Assembly (NCBI GenBank): GCA_963738405.1
Contig: CAVTWJ010000004.1
Location: 33,047 to 97,046 of the forward strand
Direction of reading: 5' to 3'
DNA: 64,000 bases
Source of the DNA: a candidate division FCPU426 bacterium
GTDB taxonomy: Bacteria; Oederibacteriota; Muellerivitia; Muellerivitales; Muellerivitaceae
Position numbers and translations under genes: made by a program. Of the stretch, positions 57,067 to 64,000 are shown one piece after another. The number at the start of each line of letters is the position of its first letter. Position 1 is the first letter of the stretch. The notes below the pieces were generated by a model. It saw only the letters and a list, made by a program, of their open reading frames with translations. It did no database searches and had not been told where the DNA came from.

Positions 57067-58899
57067 ATGGGCATCCTCTTAAGTTGTCAAAACCTTACTA
57101 AGAGTTTCGGTACAAGGCCCCTTTTCGAGCACCTATCCTTCGGGCTCTTCGAGGGCGAGCGCACGGGGCTTATTGGCCCCAACGGCACAGGTAAATCCAC
57201 ACTCCTAAAAATATTGGCGGGAGTTGAAAAACCAGATGACGGAATTCTCTCCCTTCGAAAAGGCCTTCGGGTCGGCTACCTGCCCCAACAGAGCCATTTG
57301 GAAGACCCCCCGGCCGGGTTGACCGTGCGGGACGTCCTTTCCCAATCCCTCCAGGGGCTTGGGTTGGAAGACTACGAAATCGACATCCGCCTGGAAAACG
57401 GCCTGGAAGAAGCGGGGTTCACGCACCCCGAACAGGAAGTGGGAAAATTATCCGGCGGCTGGCGCAAAAGGCTGGCGCTTCTGGCCCAAATCCTCCGCGA
57501 GCCCGATCTCTTATTGATGGATGAGCCCACCAACCATTTGGATTTGGAAGGGGTTCTTTGGCTGGAGGATTTTCTCAATCACCTCAATTTTCCCTTTCTC
57601 GTCGTCACCCATGACCGCCGATTCCTCGAACGTGTCACGGACCGGGTCATTGAACTGAACAAGCGCTACCCGGAAGGCTATTTTTCCAGCGGAGGCAATT
57701 ACAGCGAATTCCTGGAGAAGCGGGAGGAACTGTTTAATTCCCAATCCAAGCGGGAGGACACGGTAGCCAATCAGGTTCGCCGGGAAATCGAGTGGCTCCG
57801 CCGGGGCCCCAAGGCCCGGCAAACCAAGCAACAGGCCCGCATCGACCGGGCCGGCGACCTGATGGGCGAATTGGACGATCTGAAGTACCGCAATTCTCAG
57901 GGCAAGAACGTGGATATCGACTTTTCTTCCAGCGGACGCCAAACCAAGCGCCTAGTTCATTTGGATAAGGTCTCCAAGACCCTGGGGGGGCGCAAGCTTT
58001 TCGGGCACCTCGATTTACTCCTGACTCCCGGCGACAAGCTGGGCCTCTTGGGTGAAAACGGCAGCGGCAAATCCACGCTTTTAAAAATTTTCTCAGGCAC
58101 GGTTGAACCCGATTCGGGCACCGTCCGCCGGGCCGACCAGCTTCGCATTGTCACCTTCGACCAGCACCGCGACCAGCTGGACCTGACCCAGACCCTGCGC
58201 CTGGCCCTCTGCGAAAAGGGCGACTATGTGTTTTACCAGGAACGCCCTATTCACGTTGCCAGCTGGGCCGCCCGCTTCCTTTTTGACAAGGACCAGTTGG
58301 ACCGCCCTTTAAGCCGATTCTCTGGCGGGGAACAATCTCGGGTTCTTATCGCCCGGCTTATGCTCAAGCCCGCCGATCTTCTCTTATTAGATGAGCCCAC
58401 GAACGACTTGGATATCCCATCGCTTGAGGTGTTGGAACAATCCTTGGCCGAGTTTCCGGGGGCATTGGTGCTGGTCACCCACGACCGTTACCTACTCGAC
58501 CGGGTGAGCAAGCAGATTTTGGCCCTGGACGGTAAGGGCCACGCCGAATATTTCGCCGATCTGGCTCAATGGGAAGACTGGCGGGCAAACCGCAAGTCTC
58601 AAGAAAGCCGAAAGGCATCGGTCTCAACCACTAAAACCGATACCAGTTCCGCCAAACCTAAAAAGTCCCTGACTTCGAAGGAACAAAAGGAACTGGAGGG
58701 CATGGAAGAAGCCATCCACGCCGCCGAGGAAAAGTTAAAAGAAGCCCAGACCCGTATGGAAGATCCCGCCGTCGCCTCCCAGGTGACCGAGCTATTGAAA
58801 AGGCATAAAGAAGTGGATGCCCAAAAGGCCGCCCTTGAGGTGCTTTTCAAGCGATGGGAAGAGCTGGAAGCCAAGAAGAACCAAATGGTGGCTGGTTAG
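57067..58899 (+). CDS. uup: ABC-F family ATPase (Uup-like)
   Basis: Two ABC cassettes (GPNGTGKS/LSGG/DEPTNHLD; GENGSGKS/FSGGE/DEPTNDLD), linker EWLRRGPKARQTK, C-terminal coiled coil ending RWEELE. Confidence 0.9.
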   Translation: MGILLSCQNLTKSFGTRPLFEHLSFGLFEGERTGLIGPNGTGKSTLLKILAGVEKPDDGILSLRKGLRVGYLPQQSHLEDPPAGLTVRDVLSQSLQGLGLEDYEIDIRLENGLEEAGFTHPEQEVGKLSGGWRKRLALLAQILREPDLLLMDEPTNHLDLEGVLWLEDFLNHLNFPFLVVTHDRRFLERVTDRVIELNKRYPEGYFSSGGNYSEFLEKREELFNSQSKREDTVANQVRREIEWLRRGPKARQTKQQARIDRAGDLMGELDDLKYRNSQGKNVDIDFSSSGRQTKRLVHLDKVSKTLGGRKLFGHLDLLLTPGDKLGLLGENGSGKSTLLKIFSGTVEPDSGTVRRADQLRIVTFDQHRDQLDLTQTLRLALCEKGDYVFYQERPIHVASWAARFLFDKDQLDRPLSRFSGGEQSRVLIARLMLKPADLLLLDEPTNDLDIPSLEVLEQSLAEFPGALVLVTHDRYLLDRVSKQILALDGKGHAEYFADLAQWEDWRANRKSQESRKASVSTTKTDTSSAKPKKSLTSKEQKELEGMEEAIHAAEEKLKEAQTRMEDPAVASQVTELLKRHKEVDAQKAALEVLFKRWEELEAKKNQMVAG

Positions 58900-59040
58900 T
58901 TCCTCCCTTTGATATTTTTAAATAATTGATGTGGAAATAGGGCGCCATAAGTTAAGAAAATGGGGTCCGAATGCGGTATCTTTAACCCAAGCCCAAACGA
59001 AGGCTGGGGCGGTTTACACATTCAATACCCACGGTGCACC

Positions 59041-60897
59041 ATGCGACGCATGAAACTTTACCGTCTTTCCGCTGGGCTTTTCCTGGCCCTTGTCCCTTCC
59101 GCGCTTTTGGCCGCGATTAATGGAATTACATCTATACCCGTTCCTAATGCTACCTATGTGATAGGGTCGTCAAATAACGTTGTTTTTGAATTCCAGATGT
59201 CAGGCTCGGGCGTCGACACCTTCGATGATATGGCGATGAATAATAACCCCGGAACCGCCCGTACCGGCACACCTCCGGACCTAAGTAATGACCTCACAGT
59301 TTGGTATCAGGCTTCTTCCCCGACCTTTTCTCCCGCTTCGGCTGTCTCAATAGGGTTTTTACAGGCCATCGACCATGCGGATTGGATAAATGGACCCTAT
59401 AACAGTACCCCCTCCTTCAATTTTCCGGTAACGGCACTGACGGGTTACTTTTTCGTGACCACCAGTATTCTTTCCACAGGAACGGTTGGTAACACCATCG
59501 ACATGGCCATGTCGGCCGCCAGCGTTACCTTAGGAACCGCGGGGGGTATCAGCCCCGCCGCCGTCACCAACGCGGGTGTTCAAACCATCGCCACTCCAGG
59601 AACCATTAACGGCATCAGCTCCCTTGGCGCTCCGGCCACCCAGGTGCTTCCCGGCACCCTGAATGTTCCCGTGATGGAATTGTCTCTTTCTTTAAGTGGA
59701 ACCTCTCTTTTGCAATCTATGGCGGTCAATAATTCGGGAACGGCCACCTCAGGTGACATAACGGCGCTCCATGTTTGGTATCAAAGCGGGGGAGGCGCCT
59801 TTGTCCCCTCTTCGGCCGTGGAATTGGGAAGCTTGACCTTTATCACGGTCAATACCTGGAACAATAACTCCACTCCCTTCAATTGGAACGTCAATGACGG
59901 AGGGGGTATTTATGTGACGGCCGATATTTCCGCCACCGCCCCGTCTGGACATACGCTCCACTTTTCGTCTCCGGCTGGCTCCATCAATATTTCTGGTTCT
60001 ACCTATCCCACCAGCCTCTCCAACGCGGCCACCCAACTCATCGTTACCCCCACCCCAACGCCTACCAACACGCCGACTTCGACGCCCACTGATACCCCAA
60101 CCCCAACGCCCACGAATACGATGACTTCAACGCCAACCGATAGCCCCACCGCAACGCCTACGGATACGCCGACTCAGACGCCAACCGATACCCCCACCCC
60201 AACGCCTACCGACACGCCGACTACGACGCCAACCGATACTCCCACTCCGACCCCCACGGATACAGTCACCCCGTCGGATACCCCGACCACCACGGACACG
60301 CCGACCTTTACGCCTACCGTGCCCACCAACACCCCGACGCCGACTCCCACCGATACGCCAACCCCTACGCCTTCCTGGACAGTCACCGATTCGCCTACTC
60401 CCACCCCCTCGGGAACTCCGACCTTTACGGCCACGGTGCCCACCAACACCCCCACCCCGACCCTCACAGTTACCAATACACCCTCGGTCTCGAATACTCC
60501 CACAGTCTCCCATACCCCCACTCCCACCTTGACCGTGACCCCCACCCATACCTTCACACCAACACAAACCCTCAGCCCAACGCCGACGGGTTCGGCTTCT
60601 CCCACACCTACGCCCGCCATCCCCCTTTATTTGGACAGCAACAGCTTTAATCCCAATAACCAACCGCTGGGAATGGATATCAGGGTGGACACGGCGGGAG
60701 AGGTGAAGGTGATTGTCTATAACGTGCTGGGTGATGAGGTGTATAAGATTATCGACTCCAACTTGGGCGTTGGAAATTCACGGGCCTCTTGGGATGGAAG
60801 AAATTCCAAGGGGGATATGGTGGGGAACGGTCTCTATTTGGTTTTGATCCAAACTCCTTCTACGAAGTACATCCAAAAGGTCATCGTGCTGAAGTAG
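59041..60897 (+). CDS. Secreted protein: two tandem beta-rich domains, Thr-Pro linker and FlgD-Ig-like C-terminal domain
   Basis: Signal peptide; duplicated module (INGITS/INGISS, VWYQ, F.P.SAV..G.L, NA..Q); TPT tract; [14 protein letters not shown]...KVIVLK. Confidence 0.85.
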   Translation: MRRMKLYRLSAGLFLALVPSALLAAINGITSIPVPNATYVIGSSNNVVFEFQMSGSGVDTFDDMAMNNNPGTARTGTPPDLSNDLTVWYQASSPTFSPASAVSIGFLQAIDHADWINGPYNSTPSFNFPVTALTGYFFVTTSILSTGTVGNTIDMAMSAASVTLGTAGGISPAAVTNAGVQTIATPGTINGISSLGAPATQVLPGTLNVPVMELSLSLSGTSLLQSMAVNNSGTATSGDITALHVWYQSGGGAFVPSSAVELGSLTFITVNTWNNNSTPFNWNVNDGGGIYVTADISATAPSGHTLHFSSPAGSINISGSTYPTSLSNAATQLIVTPTPTPTNTPTSTPTDTPTPTPTNTMTSTPTDSPTATPTDTPTQTPTDTPTPTPTDTPTTTPTDTPTPTPTDTVTPSDTPTTTDTPTFTPTVPTNTPTPTPTDTPTPTPSWTVTDSPTPTPSGTPTFTATVPTNTPTPTLTVTNTPSVSNTPTVSHTPTPTLTVTPTHTFTPTQTLSPTPTGSASPTPTPAIPLYLDSNSFNPNNQPLGMDIRVDTAGEVKVIVYNVLGDEVYKIIDSNLGVGNSRASWDGRNSKGDMVGNGLYLVLIQTPSTKYIQKVIVLK

Positions 60898-61054
60898 TTT
60901 TTAAATACGGGAAATTTATTTTCGGTTTCACGAACCTTCCTTTCCTTTTTATTTCCTAAAGACGATTTTAGGCACTTTACTTTTTTTGACTTCCCCTTTT
61001 ACAGTTGTGCCACGCGATGACCTTTTCCCGCGAAATTTTATCAAGGGAGAAACT

Positions 61055-62029
61055 ATGCACACCTGGAAACACCTATGCTTCTTCGCCCTGACCGCCCTAA
61101 TTCTTACGGGATGCGGCAAGAACCTTCCCCTGGCCGCGCCCGACCCGCCTGCCGCCGCCACAGCCACCCCCGTCCCGACTCCCTATCCGTATAAAACGTC
61201 GATTTCCACCCTTAATCCCTGGGCCGTCGCCATTACCGCGGACGCGAGCTATTTATTCGCAGATCTTTACGCCGGCACCAAAGTGTTTGTGACGGGTCCC
61301 TACGGCATGGCCGCTACCTGGACCTCCTACAATGGAACCCCTTACAACGATATTTACGGCATATCGATTTCCCCCAACGGCTCGGTTTATATGGTGGATT
61401 TCGGAAGCTCCGATGTTTTTGAAGTATCGAGCTATGGAATTCCGGTGACCTCCTGGTCCACCTATGGTGCGACGCCTTTGAATTCGCCCACGGCCATCTC
61501 CGTGGCCCCGCAAAATGGAAATGTCTATATCACGGATGAGGGTAATTTAAAGGTGGAGGAATTTTCCTCCCAAGGGACCCCCATCACCGAATGGCCGGTC
61601 ACGAATTATCCCGTTCTTGTGGCGGCGAGCCCGGTGAGCCCCTATGACGTTTACGTTGTCGAAAGAAACGAGCATTTGATCCACGAATTCACCGCGTCCG
61701 GAAGCCCCGTTACCCAATGGGGAAGCGAGGCCGTCTCCGCCGAGGTTGGGTTGGGCTCTTTTGCGGGGGTGCAGGGTATCGTGGTAGGACCCAACGGGAA
61801 CGTCTTTATCACCGATGGTGACGGGACCTGCCTTTCGGGCAGTTGTGTGGACCATTTAGTTCAAGAATTTAGCCCCCATGGAACCTTCTTGGCCCAGTGG
61901 GGAAGTTCGGGTACAGGTTCCGGCCAATTCGGAGTCAATGGGGGTCCTGGAATGTTAGCATTTGATGGAAATGGGGATATTTACGTGGCCGACCCGGACG
62001 GCGCCCGGGTGGAAGTCTTCGGACAGTAA
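61055..62029 (+). CDS. NHL-repeat beta-propeller lipoprotein
   Basis: Lipobox LTGC; repeats P..I.V...GNVYI.D; WG..G.G.GQF. Confidence 0.85.
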   Translation: MHTWKHLCFFALTALILTGCGKNLPLAAPDPPAAATATPVPTPYPYKTSISTLNPWAVAITADASYLFADLYAGTKVFVTGPYGMAATWTSYNGTPYNDIYGISISPNGSVYMVDFGSSDVFEVSSYGIPVTSWSTYGATPLNSPTAISVAPQNGNVYITDEGNLKVEEFSSQGTPITEWPVTNYPVLVAASPVSPYDVYVVERNEHLIHEFTASGSPVTQWGSEAVSAEVGLGSFAGVQGIVVGPNGNVFITDGDGTCLSGSCVDHLVQEFSPHGTFLAQWGSSGTGSGQFGVNGGPGMLAFDGNGDIYVADPDGARVEVFGQ

Positions 62030-62032
62030 TTT

Positions 62033-62263
62033 TCAGGGAGATGCAGGTTTAACTTTGGCCTTTTCCAAAACCGGCTCAGGCGCCGGTTTCAAGTCATTCT
62101 CGAAGCTCTTAGCTAATTCATAGGTCCAATCATCGAACAAATCGTCGGCCCCAAGAGGATGCCCTGTTTCCGGTGCCTGTTTTTGGGGGTCGCCATAGTG
62201 TCGAACCATTCTTAATTCCTTTTGTACTACTAATTGTTCTCTAGAAAAGGCGGGGTTATTCAA
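62033..62263 (-). CDS. Possible small hypothetical protein
   Basis: 76-aa ORF with TTG start, convergent on the NHL gene; no recognisable motif. Confidence 0.3.
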   Translation of the reverse strand: MNNPAFSREQLVVQKELRMVRHYGDPQKQAPETGHPLGADDLFDDWTYELAKSFENDLKPAPEPVLEKAKVKPASP

Positions 62264-62527
62264 AACCGCTTTTTAGTTATTCCATCAATATCTAGTGTTT
62301 GGTTCGGCCCGATATTCCATAAAATCACGCTCGTATTTTTTGTTTAAAGTTAAAACCAAGTCGAATGGCCTTTGATCTCAAATGGGTGTGGGGTGGTTCT
62401 GAAGATTTAAAGCGGTCCTTGTTGCTTTGTCAGCGAGCTTTGCCTACACTTTCGCGGGTAAACTGTTTAACTAAAGCGTTTATTGCGTTTTTTACCCCAA
62501 AATTCAAATCAAAATTAGATAAGGGAA

Positions 62528-64000
62528 ATGAAAACCATCAATATTTTTACCGCCAAAAAATTATTAGGCGCAATCTTCCTCGCCCTCTTCCTTATTCTCC
62601 CGACCTGCCTGAAAGCCCAATCCTGCCCCAACGGCGGGGTGACCAGTCCCATGCTCAACCTGGAAGTGGTTTGCGGAAGCGAGACTTTCCAGATTCAGGA
62701 TTTCGGATTCAAGATCATCAACTGGGGCACGGCGCCCGTCACCCTCAGCAACGTGAGCGTGGTGGTTTGGCTGGATGAGACGGGGGCGGAAAATTTCCAC
62801 CAATGGATCAACACCACCGGCTCCCTTTGCGACGCGGGCGGCATCTGCACCGCGGTCAGCCTTCCCAACGCCGCGGGCGTCCAATCCTATATCACCACCA
62901 CGTGCAATTCTGAACCCAGCCATTTCGCCAACCAGGCGGTGACCTTTCTCATGGGCACGGGGGCCACGCCGGTTTCGCTGATTCCGCCCAACGGGGGGTA
63001 CTTCATCACCAATTCGGGCGGCAGCACGCCCGGGGCCTCGGTTCGCTTCGGCCGCAACAACCCCACCATGGACGGAACCTCTCAGCTGGTGACGATCGGG
63101 GGAGTTACTTACGCAAGCTCCTGGGCGAATGCCTATTCTCATTTGGGCACGGGATTAATTCCCATCGGCGGGGGAAGCGGATGCCCCGACGGAGGACTGC
63201 ACGACTCTCCTTTTTATTCCCTTTGCTACAACGGCATCCTGGTGCAGGAAGTAACGAACGGTTCGGGTTCGTTGGATAACTTCACCGGCCAGGCGCCCTG
63301 TTCCATGGGGGTCAGCTGTACCTACGCCCCGACGGGAACGCCCATTCCCCTCTTTTCTTATACGCCCTCTCCCACGCCTACGGCCGCTCCCCCCACTTCC
63401 ACCCCGACCCAAACGCAAACTCTCACGCCCAACCTAACGGCCACCTATATTCCCACCGCGACCCAACAGGCCAATGAGACGGCGACCCAGCAGGCTAACC
63501 AAACCGCAACCCAAGCGGCGATACTTTCGCAAACCCCAACTCGCACACCCACTCAAACCTCAACGCCCTCTGCCACGCCGAACCAAACAGCCACACAACA
63601 AGCCAACTCCACCGCGACGCAACAGGCGAACCAGACCTTGACCCAAGTGGCTCTTCTTTCAGAGACCCCGACACGCACGCCCACTCAAACATCAACGCCT
63701 TCCGCCACGCCGAACCAAACAGCCACCCAGCAGGCCAATTCCACTGCGACCCAGCAAGCCAACCAAACCGCGACCCAAGCGGCGATTCTTTCGCAAACCC
63801 CGACCCAGACCCCCACGCAAACTTCAACGCCCTCCGCCACCCCGAACCAAACAGCCACCCAGCAGGCGAATTCAACCGCTACCCAGCAAGCCAACCAGAC
63901 CTTGACCCAAGTTGCTCTTCTTTCCCAAACCCCGACCCAGACCCCTACTCAAACCTCAACGCCTTCCGCCACGCCCAACCAAACAGCCACCCAACAGGCC
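62528..64000 (+). CDS. Secreted protein with CBM3-like N-terminal domain and 44-aa tandem repeats (3' truncated; absent from the ORF track)
   Basis: ATG 62528 reads MKTINIFTAKKLLGAIFLALFLILPTCLKAQ; FKIINWGTAPVTLSNVSV and YNGILVQ resemble CBM3; frame stays open to the window end. Confidence 0.85.
   Translation, partial: MKTINIFTAKKLLGAIFLALFLILPTCLKAQSCPNGGVTSPMLNLEVVCGSETFQIQDFGFKIINWGTAPVTLSNVSVVVWLDETGAENFHQWINTTGSLCDAGGICTAVSLPNAAGVQSYITTTCNSEPSHFANQAVTFLMGTGATPVSLIPPNGGYFITNSGGSTPGASVRFGRNNPTMDGTSQLVTIGGVTYASSWANAYSHLGTGLIPIGGGSGCPDGGLHDSPFYSLCYNGILVQEVTNGSGSLDNFTGQAPCSMGVSCTYAPTGTPIPLFSYTPSPTPTAAPPTSTPTQTQTLTPNLTATYIPTATQQANETATQQANQTATQAAILSQTPTRTPTQTSTPSATPNQTATQQANSTATQQANQTLTQVALLSETPTRTPTQTSTPSATPNQTATQQANSTATQQANQTATQAAILSQTPTQTPTQTSTPSATPNQTATQQANSTATQQANQTLTQVALLSQTPTQTPTQTSTPSATPNQTATQQA
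63450..64000 (+). repeat. 132-bp coding tandem repeat
   Basis: AACCAAACAG recurs at 63581, 63713, 63845 and 63977. Confidence 0.92.

Noticed and set aside
62365..62778. 137-aa ORF from the track
   Set aside because: Out of frame with, and overlapping, the better-supported signal-peptide ORF starting at 62528

Overview
Bacterial chromosomal window, GC-rich core (roughly 55-60% by eye) with AT-rich patches. 1-13.3 kb is the 3' half of the dcw cluster (murD end, ftsW, murG, murC, murB, ddl, ftsQ, ftsA, ftsZ, pgeF), with a small ORF, a polysaccharide deacetylase and an amidase inserted. 13.3-21.3 kb is an accessory region. It holds a phased 21-bp-period CTGTTAAAC array in front of a ParB/KorB-like HTH + transmembrane + VirB8/TraE-like fusion protein, an AraC regulator, a Thr-rich surface protein, and three low-GC single-gene units each bracketed by a 28-bp hairpin repeat. 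21.4-33.3 kb carries an OGG1-like glycosylase, a degenerate NtrC-like regulator/kinase trio, HU, two paralogous GT-C-like membrane proteins and an O-antigen-ligase/TPR protein. 33.3-43.0 kb (minus strand) is a tightly coupled nine-gene operon joining a dedicated type II FAS/PKS (KS, CLF-like, ACP, DH, KR, PPTase) to a PhcB-like methyltransferase and PhcS/PhcR-like signalling proteins. This is the best candidate for an undescribed quorum-sensing system. 43.6-64 kb carries rel, ridA, a B-box membrane protein, guaB, guaA, flavodoxin-like genes, an ABC-F ATPase and several secreted Thr/Pro-repeat proteins, two with FlgD-Ig/T9SS-like C-termini. No tRNA, rRNA, CRISPR array, integrase or transposase was recognised. 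All family calls come from motif recognition by eye; no searches were run.
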